The position numbers and the translations under genes are program-made. This document shows, piece after piece, positions 53,501 to 62,413 of a stretch of 64,000 nucleotides of DNA. The stretch comes from a bacterium (GTDB lineage Bacteria > Patescibacteriota > Saccharimonadia > Saccharimonadales > UBA4665): the NCBI GenBank assembly GCA_021850865.1, contig JAJZKN010000001.1, forward strand, positions 158,834-222,833, given 5' to 3'. The notes under the pieces are model-generated. The model was not told the DNA's origin. It saw nothing but the letters and a program-made list of their open reading frames with translations, and made no database searches. The number at the start of each line of letters is the position of its first letter. Within the stretch, counting starts at the first letter, position 1.

Positions 53501-54809
53501 CGCCCAATGTTAGCGGAATGCTTTTAATATTGCCGTTGTTAGTCACTACCGTCAGTGTAACTTTTTGGCCCGGTTCATATTCATCGATTATGGTGGACAG
53601 ATCATTTTTAATATTAACTACGGTGTTATTGACTTTGGTAATGACATCTCCAGGTTTTATTCCGGCTTTGGCTGCCGGCGTGCCCTTCAGTACGGAGGGC
53701 GAGGAACCCGTTCCTTTGGGAATGTATGCCCCATAGTCAACACTTAGCTTGTATTTGCTTTGCACCCCTGGTGTAACCGGTATATACATCACCCCCAAAA
53801 ACGGTCGTTTGAATTTACCCGTTTTAATCACTTCCTTGATCAAACCTTTAACTTCATTTATCGGGATAGCAAAACCAATGTTTTGCGAGTTCGAAGCGAT
53901 AGCGGTATTAACTCCAATTACCTGCCCGTTAAGATTGACTAACGGACCGCCGGAATTGCCTTCGTTGATCGCCGCGTCGGTCTGGAACAGATCATTAAGA
54001 TTCTCACTGGTACTGGTAGTAGATGGCTGAAAGAATGGATTTAAAGCACTGCCGTTGTTGCTACTGGCGGATATGTTACGTCCATATCCGGAAATAATAC
54101 CGCTGGTAACCGTATTTTGAAATTGGCCGAGCGCGTTACCCACGGCAATCACTTCGTCACCAACCGATACCTGGCTGGAGTCTCCAATCACCGCCGGCAC
54201 CAATTTCTGACCATTACTATTATTAATTTTAAGTATTGCTATGTCCAAGGGGTCGGTTGCCGCCGTCCGGCCAACGACGGAAACATTATTCAGTTGAGTG
54301 CCGTTATTTAGGGTAATGCTCACCGATGACGTACCGGCTGGTACGACGTGACGGTTGGTAAGCACCAGGCCGTTACTAGAAATAATGATCCCCGTACCTT
54401 CGGATTGCTGCTGGACCTTTTGAGCGAAACCGAAGAAATTAGGCGTACTTTGCGTACTCGTGGTGGCGTTAATGCTAACCACGCTCGGGCTTATTTGCTT
54501 AGCAAGATTAACAATAATCTGATTATTGCTGGTGACGAACTTGGCCGGAGAGGTGGTTGACGCGGTATAAACCCTACCGTTATAGCCAATTGACTCAAGT
54601 AACCCGCCAGTAAAGCCAGCAACAATACCGATGATCAGAACTAACAAAATAAACACTACCTGACCCTGGGTTAACAATTGCTTGAAATTAAATTTTGGCA
54701 AGCTGAGCTTGGGAACGGTAATAGTAATAGTCTTGGCGACCGTCTTTGGCTTGGGTCGGCTAGAAACGCTGTAGGGATTATCGGATGGCTGTTCGCTCTT
54801 ACTCGGCAT
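53484..54809 (-). CDS. htrA: HtrA/DegP-family serine protease with one PDZ domain
   Basis: The catalytic triad contexts are VLTNRHVV, DIAILK and NEGNSGGPLVNL. It has a C-terminal PDZ and an N-terminal TM anchor. Confidence 0.88.
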   Translation of the reverse strand: MPSKSEQPSDNPYSVSSRPKPKTVAKTITITVPKLSLPKFNFKQLLTQGQVVFILLVLIIGIVAGFTGGLLESIGYNGRVYTASTTSPAKFVTSNNQIIVNLAKQISPSVVSINATTSTQSTPNFFGFAQKVQQQSEGTGIIISSNGLVLTNRHVVPAGTSSVSITLNNGTQLNNVSVVGRTAATDPLDIAILKINNSNGQKLVPAVIGDSSQVSVGDEVIAVGNALGQFQNTVTSGIISGYGRNISASSNNGSALNPFFQPSTTSTSENLNDLFQTDAAINEGNSGGPLVNLNGQVIGVNTAIASNSQNIGFAIPINEVKGLIKEVIKTGKFKRPFLGVMYIPVTPGVQSKYKLSVDYGAYIPKGTGSSPSVLKGTPAAKAGIKPGDVITKVNNTVVNIKNDLSTIIDEYEPGQKVTLTVVTNNGNIKSIPLTLGVKPNS

Positions 54810-54847
54810 ATTATATGTTCTCCTTGAACTTATACTATTTTTTGATC

Positions 54848-55606
54848 TTAAACTACTTTACTGCCCCAATCTGAAAATAATATGACAATTAATATAATTG
54901 CTACCATAACCGCAATGAACTGTCTTTGAGTATTTTTGCTTAACTTATCCTGATGGTCCCAATAATAGAGGGCACCGACTCCGTAACCGATAACGGTCAA
55001 CAAAATGGTTGGCTGGGAAAAAACACTGTAATACAACAGCCAGTGTCCAAGTAACCATGCCAGGGCGGCAGCAAAATAACCCCATAGGTAACTTAACAGG
55101 CGGGAGTAGCTTTCATCAAAGGCGTCAAAGTAATGTCTGGCCGCTAAATAACAGATCAGACCAGTGAGCAGAGTTAGGCCGTAGACGGGACCATCGGGCC
55201 AGACTAAATAAAGAGAGCTCAAAGCGCTCAGCTGTCCGATGCCCGCTTGAAGCGAGATCATAAAGCCGGACGTTGCCGGCTTAATCACTATCAGCCAAAT
55301 ACCGTAAGCCAATGCCCAAATAAATTGGATCCACCAACTGGAACTGTGCGTCATAAACAGTACCACCGATATCCCAACCATCAAATCGACTGAATTTGCT
55401 CTTATATTCGCCGGCCAAAAACGAGGCCTTACGGCAAACATTCGCCACTTACTTAGGATAATTAAGATGAGGGCTAGCTGGGTAAACTCATTCTCGTTTA
55501 AGCGTACCAGAGCAAAAATAATCAAAGGCAACAGCGCCAGCAATGACCGGTGTAATAAGACCGAAATGCCTTTGATTGGCTTCAGCCTCCTGAATGCTAC
55601 TTCCAT
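54848..55606 (-). CDS. Hypothetical polytopic membrane protein
   Basis: It is 252 aa with about 7 hydrophobic segments. I recognised no motif. Confidence 0.6.
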   Translation of the reverse strand: MEVAFRRLKPIKGISVLLHRSLLALLPLIIFALVRLNENEFTQLALILIILSKWRMFAVRPRFWPANIRANSVDLMVGISVVLFMTHSSSWWIQFIWALAYGIWLIVIKPATSGFMISLQAGIGQLSALSSLYLVWPDGPVYGLTLLTGLICYLAARHYFDAFDESYSRLLSYLWGYFAAALAWLLGHWLLYYSVFSQPTILLTVIGYGVGALYYWDHQDKLSKNTQRQFIAVMVAIILIVILFSDWGSKVV

Positions 55607-55712
55607 AGATATGTTATCTATTTTACTATAAGTTTGGTTTTTCTAAGTCGAGTCTAACTTTATGCCCTATTTTGGTTAATTTCAAAGTTGAACATGCTAT
55701 AGTTTTTAGGCA

Positions 55713-56357
55713 GTGTTTAAATCATTAAATAAGCCCGAAAAAGAAAAAGCCGGTAACCGATGGTCATCCAACGGAACCGCGAGATTTTTAGGCGTACTTC
55801 CATATGTCGGTATGTTTATAATGGCCGGGGTATTCGCGTTTTTAATCATTACTTTTGTTTTCAGGTCTTATGCCGTTGACGGTATAAGTATGCTTCCTAC
55901 CCTGCAAAACCAGGACAAGTTGATCATCTGGAAAGTACCGAGAACATGGGCCAGTATTACCGGACACCAGTACGTTCCGAAACGAGGAGATATTATCGTC
56001 TTTAATGAGCCGAATCTATCCGCCTGCAGCCAGAGCACCCCTAAGCAGCTCATCAAACGGGTAATCGGCCTGCCCGGAAATAAGGTTGTTATTAAAAACG
56101 GTGCGGTTACTATATATGACAAGAATCACCCAAATGGGTTCAAGCCCGATCAACAGCTAGGTTATAATAAAGCCCACTTCATAGCCTATACCGGCCCGAC
56201 GGAAACAATCCAGCTGAATTCCCATCAGTTATTTGTACTCGGAGACAACCGGCCCCTTTCTTGCGATTCAAGATACTTCGGACCTATCAATACCAACCAG
56301 GTAGTTGGCGAATTAGTTATGCGGATACTGCCGCTATCTCAAGTCAAGCTGTTTTAA
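55713..56357 (+). CDS. lepB: Signal peptidase I
   Basis: It has the catalytic Ser box VDGISMLPTL, the Lys box KRVIGLPGN and GDNRPLSCDSRYFGP. It starts at a GTG. Confidence 0.88.
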   Translation: MFKSLNKPEKEKAGNRWSSNGTARFLGVLPYVGMFIMAGVFAFLIITFVFRSYAVDGISMLPTLQNQDKLIIWKVPRTWASITGHQYVPKRGDIIVFNEPNLSACSQSTPKQLIKRVIGLPGNKVVIKNGAVTIYDKNHPNGFKPDQQLGYNKAHFIAYTGPTETIQLNSHQLFVLGDNRPLSCDSRYFGPINTNQVVGELVMRILPLSQVKLF

Positions 56358-57217
56358 GCGATTTGCTTAATAATTCTAGTCAGGTCATCGTCGCTAGTAA
56401 AAGTTATCTCCAGGCGGCCGCCCTTGGCCATTCGCCGGACGTGTACCTTAGTCTTTAATTTACTGCTAAGTAACTTCGTTTCCGGAGTAACCAATGCCAC
56501 CCTAGCTTTAGCTGCTTCGATATCCTTAGCGCCTTCTTTAACTGAAACCACGTACCTTTCAGCCTGCCTAACACTCCAGCCCCCGGAAGCACATGCTTTA
56601 ATTAGATACTGCTGGTGCTCTGGATAACTTTTCAATGCAAGTATCGCCCTGGCATGACCTTCTGTAATAAATTTTTTATTCAATGCTTCAATTGCTTCCG
56701 GAGGTAATTTCAATAGTCTCGAAATATTGTTCACTGTCGTTAATGCCTTGCCTAGCCGCTTGGCGATAGTCTCATACGACAAAGAGAATTGTTCGTGTAG
56801 TTTTTCGATACCCAAAGCCTGTTCAATCGGTGAAAGATCAACTCGCTGGACATTCTCAACCATAGCCAATTCCAATTGCTCGAGTTCTTTCAGTGTTCTA
56901 ACAATTGCCGGTATTGTTTTGCTTCCGGCCAGCTTTGCCGCGCGCCATCGTCTCTCACCGGCGACGATCTGATAATTAGCTCCCTTGGGTGATACAACTA
57001 TCGGCTGAAGCACACCGTGCTTTTTAATTGAGTCCGCCAACTCCTTAAGCGTGGTGTCATCGAATTGTTTTCTGGGCTGATCAGAGTTCGGTTCGATCAG
57101 ATCAATTGCCAGTTTTTGAATTTTCTCAGCAGCCTCCAATATGAAGGACTTATCGAGTTCTTTCGGTATAAGGGCCGACAGGCCGCTGCCCAATCCGTGA
57201 CTTTGTTTATTAGCCAT
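56354..57217 (-). CDS. parB: Chromosome partitioning protein ParB/Spo0J
   Basis: It has the ParB box GERRWRAAKLAG and an HTH region. It follows parA. Confidence 0.9.
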   Translation of the reverse strand: MANKQSHGLGSGLSALIPKELDKSFILEAAEKIQKLAIDLIEPNSDQPRKQFDDTTLKELADSIKKHGVLQPIVVSPKGANYQIVAGERRWRAAKLAGSKTIPAIVRTLKELEQLELAMVENVQRVDLSPIEQALGIEKLHEQFSLSYETIAKRLGKALTTVNNISRLLKLPPEAIEALNKKFITEGHARAILALKSYPEHQQYLIKACASGGWSVRQAERYVVSVKEGAKDIEAAKARVALVTPETKLLSSKLKTKVHVRRMAKGGRLEITFTSDDDLTRIIKQIA

Positions 57218-57262
57218 AACTGCTTAAACTATAGCATAACCGAAGCGGATAACACTCCGGGT

Positions 57263-58024
57263 CTAGCCAGATACGACCCTTCGGTGTACTTCCTTGGCTA
57301 ACTGGCGATATGCCTTCGCCCCCTTGCTCCATCTATCGTATGTGGCAATAGATTTACCGTGAGAAGGTGCTTCCGCCAAACGAACATTACGTGGAATAAC
57401 CGTATCGAAAACTTTTTCGCCAAAATAGTTCTTAACTTCACTTTTGACCTGTTCGGACAGGCTGGTACGCGCATCGTACATTGTTAATAATACACCGAGT
57501 AAACTAAGTTCCGGGTTTAAACCAGAGCGAACCAACTGGACAACTTCAAGCAGTTGACTTAACCCCTCTAGCGCATAGTACTCAGCCTGCACCGGAATCA
57601 AAATACTGTCGGCGGCAGTCAACGCATTTACGGTTAGTAAACTAAGTGCCGGCGGACAGTCAATAATTATGTAGTCGTAATTACAATTGGCTAGTGCCTT
57701 TTTCAGCCTAAATTCACGCTCCGTAAGAGCAACCAGCTCAACCTCCAAAGCCGCCAGGGATTGGCTGGTTGGCACTAAATGAATTCCGCTCTCAACCGCC
57801 AGAACAGCACTATCGGGTTGAGATTCTCCAATAACTATCTCCCTGGTACCTCTGTTTATTTTTGTTTTGCTGACGCCAAAACCACTGGTTGTATTTCCCT
57901 GAGGATCTATATCGATGATTAATACTGACTTATTCATCTTTTTTAAATAGGCGGCAAGATTAATCACCGTTGTTGTTTTACCAACGCCACCTTTCTGATT
58001 TAGTACTGCAATTGTGTGACTCAT
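57263..58024 (-). CDS. parA: Chromosome partitioning ATPase ParA/Soj
   Basis: It has the deviant Walker A NQKGGVGKTT and is 253 aa. Confidence 0.93.
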   Translation of the reverse strand: MSHTIAVLNQKGGVGKTTTVINLAAYLKKMNKSVLIIDIDPQGNTTSGFGVSKTKINRGTREIVIGESQPDSAVLAVESGIHLVPTSQSLAALEVELVALTEREFRLKKALANCNYDYIIIDCPPALSLLTVNALTAADSILIPVQAEYYALEGLSQLLEVVQLVRSGLNPELSLLGVLLTMYDARTSLSEQVKSEVKNYFGEKVFDTVIPRNVRLAEAPSHGKSIATYDRWSKGAKAYRQLAKEVHRRVVSG

Positions 58025-58558
58025 AGTTTACGTTTATCTAGCTTAACTCCGATTTAGCTTAAGCCTAGCATTTTTTAGCTTAGTAGTAAATTAACACTCT
58101 AATAAAAAGATGCCGTATCATCGCTTTTGGCTAGATCCAGCATCTTTCTCGCTTACGGCTTTTTGCCGCTTGCTTGTTGAATTTTATTATGCCTTTTTGA
58201 TTATAAGGCTTCTTTTATTGTTTTAACCAATTTTTGTTGGTTTAGGACTGTTACTTGTCGCCCAAGGCCAGGGACCCGTTTCAATCCTATGTGGTTAGTA
58301 TCTACCTTTAAACAGGTGTAATCAAGCCTTTTTTGAGCAATTTATATATCCGATAAAAAGCCTAAAAATTATAATATTTTATACCCCTTATCGTTGATTT
58401 TATGTCTACGATTACGGAATTATAGCTATTTTTATACCTATTGTTGTCATATTAATAATAACGATGGAAGGTACGTCTTGTAGATAAATTTACTACTACA
58501 AAAATGGACTTTAAAAGTTTTCCACAATCGTTTGCTTAAATCGGGCCAATTTAATTGG

Positions 58559-58873
58559 CTAGACGATTTTGGTTATCTTAATAACCGATAGATGCTGACG
58601 ATGACCTTTAACCGTATGAACCCGTTTTTTGGCTTTGTAGCGGATAGAGACAGTTTTTTCGGAAAGTTTATCCGGCTCAATAATATCCGCGCTTACCTTA
58701 GTCTCTGTAAGTGCTGGATGCCCGATGTTAATTTTGTCTCCGTCGATAATCATTAGTGGCTCAAAGTCAGTTTTAGTTTTACTGCCCCCTATCGGCAGTT
58801 TTTCAACGGATAATACATCGCCCTCTTTAACTAGGTACTGTTTCGCGCCCGTGCTAATTACTGCTTTTTTCAT
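58559..58873 (-). CDS. rplU: 50S ribosomal protein L21
   Basis: MKKAVISTGAKQYLVKEGDVLSVEKL matches the L21 N-terminus. The ATG at 58873 was chosen. The ORF is open to the TTG at 58900. Confidence 0.9.
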   Translation of the reverse strand: MKKAVISTGAKQYLVKEGDVLSVEKLPIGGSKTKTDFEPLMIIDGDKINIGHPALTETKVSADIIEPDKLSEKTVSIRYKAKKRVHTVKGHRQHLSVIKITKIV

Positions 58874-58974
58874 AGGTATTAATGCTATCTTATTATTCAA
58901 AGTTACCGATAGATTCTATCAGAGATGGGCGCCTCTGTCAAAGAAGATAAAGAAGCTATGCAAAAACCTAATCT

Positions 58975-61878
58975 TTATTTGGCTGATCTCTTAATTTTGA
59001 TAACCAGCTCACCGTCACGGTCAACTTGAGCAGTCTCATAGTAGCTATCATCTAGCTCTTTGTCGTTTAGGGTAAGTGCCAAAGTTTCTTTTTTAATCAA
59101 ATCCCCCAGTTGACTATCGTCCAGCACGCCAGTTATTCCAGAATTATCTGAACCCAACTGTAAATCAATCCGGTCATCAACTTCTAGCCCTGCGTTCTTT
59201 CTGGCATTTTGGACTAAACGAATAATCTCCCTGGCCAGACCTTCACGTTTCAGTTTTGCTGTCAGCTTCAAATCAACCACGGCTGCCAATTCGCTCGCCC
59301 GGTCGCTTTTCAGAACTTTTTTGACATTCAACTCATCGGCAATAATCGTTTCCAGCTCCCCATTAATCATTCCGTTGGGGTCATGAACAGATACTGAGCC
59401 CAGAGGCTGCCTGACTTTAATTCCGGCCTCCGCACGCTGCCTAAGACCTTCGTTAATAATGCTGCGGGCAAAATTCATTGTCTCGAGCAAGTTGACATCA
59501 ACATCTCCGGCTACCGGCCAATCCAACAAATGAACACTCTCGGCTCCGGTTAACAGCCTAAACAGCTCTTCGCTCATAAACGGGATAAACGGTGCCGCTA
59601 TTACAACAAACTGTAACAGTACATAATGAAGGGTGCTGTAAGCCTGGTCTTTATCTTTATCGTTTTCACTCTTCCAGAATCGTTTTCTGGATCGACGGAC
59701 ATACCAGTTTGAAAGATCATCTATAAAGGGCATTACCGGCTTAAGCGCACCAGGCAAATCATAAGCCAACATCTGTTGGTCTACTTCCGCATTCAGCTGG
59801 TGTATCCTTGAAATTATCCACTTATCAAGAATATTGTCAGAGACCGGAACCTTATTTATATCACCAGGATCCCAATCCCAATTGTCGACATCGGCATAAA
59901 GACTGAAAAAATCATAAACATTCCACACCATTGCCAATTTGCGACTGGTATCAGCCACATCTTTATCGATTAGCGAGAAGTCTTCGGCTGCAAGCACCGG
60001 TGAACTGAGCATCAAAAACCGCAGTGCATCGGCACTATATTGATCCATTAGAATATTAGGATCGGTAAAATTACCGTAACTCTTACTCATTTTCCGGCCG
60101 TCGTTGCCAGCCAAGGTACCGGTAACAATCACGTTCTTAAAAGAATTAACCCCGAATAAACCAGTACTGATAGTGTGCAGATAATAGAACCAGGCCCTGA
60201 CTTGTCCAACATATTCGGCGATAAAGTCACCGGGAAAATTTTTCTCAAATTTATCCTTGTTTTCGAATGGATAATGAAACTGGGCAAACGGCATGCTGCC
60301 ACTTTCAAACCAGCAGTCCAGAACCTTATCAATCCGTTCATAGTGGATACCGTCAATTTCAAAGGTTATATCGTCAACCCAGGGACGATGATAGTCTTCA
60401 AGCCTAACCCCTGATAATTCAAAAAGTTCATCATAACTACCGATCACTTTTAAGTGTTCTTTACCGCTTGCGTCAACACCCTTCCAGACCGGCATGGCAG
60501 TTGCCCAGAACCGATCACGGCTAATGTTCCAATCAGGTGCACTTTCAACGGTCTTAGTAAACCTTCCATGTTTTATGTGTTCAGGAAACCAATGGATATC
60601 TTCGTTAAGCAAAAGCATCTGAGGTTTTTGAGTAGCAATGTTCATAAACCAACTTGGATGAGCTCGGTATATCAGCTTGGTGTCGCAGCGGTGACAGTGT
60701 GGATAGGAATGCTTAATATACTCAACCTTCCAGATAACTCCTTCGACGCTAAGTGTTTTAGCGATTAGCTTGTTCGCTTCCCAGATCTGCAAACCCTGCC
60801 ATCGTCCGCCGGTATAAATCCCGTAGTCATCGACATTGGCGACTATTGGCACCTGGTGCTTTTTGGCGAGCTCATAGTCATCCTCTCCATAGGCAGGTGA
60901 TAGGTGTACGACACCTGTTCCCTCTTCCAAATTGACATAGTCGGCGTGCCAAATTCTATGGGCATTCATTCCCTGATCTTCAAATAACGGCAGATAAGAT
61001 CTCCCGACTAATTCCGATCCCTTAAAAGTCTTCAGTAGTCTATATTTCATCGGCTGATGGCGCTCATCAACTAAAACCCGCTCTACTAAAGCATTGGCCA
61101 TAATCAGTTTCTCGCCGTCCTCCTCCATCTCCACCAGAGCATATTCAACCTCCCCATTAACAGCAGCAGCGGTATTTGACGGCAAGGTCCACGGGGTTGT
61201 CGTCCAGGCCAACAAAAAAGCATCTTCATCGGCCAATTTAAGTTTGACATAAACAGAGGGGTCAGTGTCTTCATGGTATGAATTATCCTGAGCTACCTCA
61301 GCTTTGGAAATCGGTGTCGCATCCCGTATGCAATATAATAAGACCTTCTCACCTTCATAGATCTTTCCGGCATCATAAAGTTGTTTAAAAGCCCACCAGA
61401 CCGATTCCATATAATCTTTATCCATTGTCCGGTAGGCACCCTTAAAATCTACCCAGCGGCCGATACGTTCGATCGTCGATTCCCATTCGTCACCCGTCTG
61501 CACCATATTCTGGCGACAAGTTAGAATATAGTCCTCCAAACTAATCTTTGTCCCGATATCACGCTTGTCCTTGATTCCCATTTTTTTTTCAGTAAATACT
61601 TCCGCCGGCAAGCCGTGGCAATCCCATCCCCAAACTCGCTCAACCCGTTTTCCCTTCATTGTCCAGTATCTTGGTACGGCGTCTTTAACTATGCTCGAAA
61701 GTAGGGTTCCATGATGCGGCACCCCGGTAATAAATGGCGGTCCGTCATAAAAAACATATGAATTCTCGGATGGCCTCATTTCGACCGACTTCTCGAAAGT
61801 CCGGTTTTTGTGCCAGTAGCGGATCAATTCTTTTTCGTATACGATTGCCGGACGGCGGCTTTTCTGCTTGAACTTCAT
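58975..61878 (-). CDS. ileS: Isoleucine--tRNA ligase (type 2-like N-terminus)
   Basis: It has FYDGPPFITGVPHHGTL (HIGH region), KMSKS (GRKMSKSYGN) and the CP1 editing domain. It is 967 aa. The ATG is preceded by AAGAGGAA. Confidence 0.96.
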   Translation of the reverse strand: MKFKQKSRRPAIVYEKELIRYWHKNRTFEKSVEMRPSENSYVFYDGPPFITGVPHHGTLLSSIVKDAVPRYWTMKGKRVERVWGWDCHGLPAEVFTEKKMGIKDKRDIGTKISLEDYILTCRQNMVQTGDEWESTIERIGRWVDFKGAYRTMDKDYMESVWWAFKQLYDAGKIYEGEKVLLYCIRDATPISKAEVAQDNSYHEDTDPSVYVKLKLADEDAFLLAWTTTPWTLPSNTAAAVNGEVEYALVEMEEDGEKLIMANALVERVLVDERHQPMKYRLLKTFKGSELVGRSYLPLFEDQGMNAHRIWHADYVNLEEGTGVVHLSPAYGEDDYELAKKHQVPIVANVDDYGIYTGGRWQGLQIWEANKLIAKTLSVEGVIWKVEYIKHSYPHCHRCDTKLIYRAHPSWFMNIATQKPQMLLLNEDIHWFPEHIKHGRFTKTVESAPDWNISRDRFWATAMPVWKGVDASGKEHLKVIGSYDELFELSGVRLEDYHRPWVDDITFEIDGIHYERIDKVLDCWFESGSMPFAQFHYPFENKDKFEKNFPGDFIAEYVGQVRAWFYYLHTISTGLFGVNSFKNVIVTGTLAGNDGRKMSKSYGNFTDPNILMDQYSADALRFLMLSSPVLAAEDFSLIDKDVADTSRKLAMVWNVYDFFSLYADVDNWDWDPGDINKVPVSDNILDKWIISRIHQLNAEVDQQMLAYDLPGALKPVMPFIDDLSNWYVRRSRKRFWKSENDKDKDQAYSTLHYVLLQFVVIAAPFIPFMSEELFRLLTGAESVHLLDWPVAGDVDVNLLETMNFARSIINEGLRQRAEAGIKVRQPLGSVSVHDPNGMINGELETIIADELNVKKVLKSDRASELAAVVDLKLTAKLKREGLAREIIRLVQNARKNAGLEVDDRIDLQLGSDNSGITGVLDDSQLGDLIKKETLALTLNDKELDDSYYETAQVDRDGELVIKIKRSAK

Positions 61879-61890
61879 ATTTCCTCTTAT

Positions 61891-62080
61891 AAAATAAAAA
61901 CCTCAAAAGACTTAACGGAATCCCGATGCATGAGGGACGGTACCATCCGTTTTCCTTTGAGGTTAGGCTCAAAAGCACTTAATTTAGTGGTTACGGTCCA
62001 CGCCGACGGGTTCTAGTCAGCCACAATTGGCTTTTCTTCCCGGTCCTCACAGCTGATAATCTGCTCAAGCGGACGTATTT
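61891..62080 (-). promoter_or_regulatory. T-box-like riboswitch leader of ileS with intrinsic terminator
   Basis: On the minus strand, ACGGA-UGGUACC-GUCCC...GGGAUUCCGU folds as the T-box antiterminator: helix A1, the 7-nt UGGNACC bulge at 61945-61939, and helix A2. The long hairpin CCUCAAAGG (61962-61954) / UCUUUUGAGG (61910-61901) is followed by UUUUUAUUUU. An AUC-A candidate Ile specifier lies at 62057-62054. An extended -10 TGcTATATT lies at about 62096-62088. Confidence 0.6.
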
Positions 62081-62099
62081 TAGTCTAATATAGCACAGA

Positions 62100-62375
62100 T
62101 TACAGTTGGTCTGAAGCGTAATAGCTGATGTCATCTATCCGTGGCATCTCATCCTGGCCCTGCCACAGCTGCAACAAGCTACCATCATTACGTAACGCCA
62201 AGAATGACGGATAGGCGGTGACGTCATACAGACTGGCCGTGGCGATGCCTTCTCGCGAGTCAAGATCTAAGGTCTCGATTTTTGTCTCAGGGTGCAATCG
62301 CCGGTATTCTCTTAAGAGATCCTCGACAACTTGCCGGTGATCAGACTTCTGTCGATAAAGCACTAGAACTTTCAT
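62100..62375 (-). CDS. Thioredoxin-fold-like small protein without any cysteine
   Basis: It is 91 aa from the ATG at 62375. MKVLVLY...YDVTAYPSFLALRNDGSLLQLWQG resembles the Trx/NrdH beta-alpha-beta layout, but there is no CxxC. It lies immediately downstream of nrdJ. Confidence 0.6.
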   Translation of the reverse strand: MKVLVLYRQKSDHRQVVEDLLREYRRLHPETKIETLDLDSREGIATASLYDVTAYPSFLALRNDGSLLQLWQGQDEMPRIDDISYYASDQL

Positions 62376-62413
62376 CGCTAGTATTTTAACACATAACGAA
62401 TACACGGTCGGCT

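Noticed and set aside
56354-58024. A canonical parS site (TGTTNCACGTGAAACA) within or near parAB.
   Set aside because: None was found by eye. Absence cannot be proven without a pattern search, so no parS feature is reported.
58278-58287. GTTTCAATCC, which resembles the start of some CRISPR repeats.
   Set aside because: It is a single occurrence with no repeat-spacer periodicity anywhere in the window and no cas genes.
58025-58558. Replication origin next to parAB, suggested by AT-rich DNA, a DnaA-box-like TTTTCCACA and par genes nearby.
   Set aside because: Genes on both sides (parA/parB and rplU/ileS/nrdJ) are all on the minus strand, so there is no divergent strand switch. Only one DnaA-box-like sequence was seen. 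There is no dnaA or dnaN nearby. The putative terminus is only 55 kb away.
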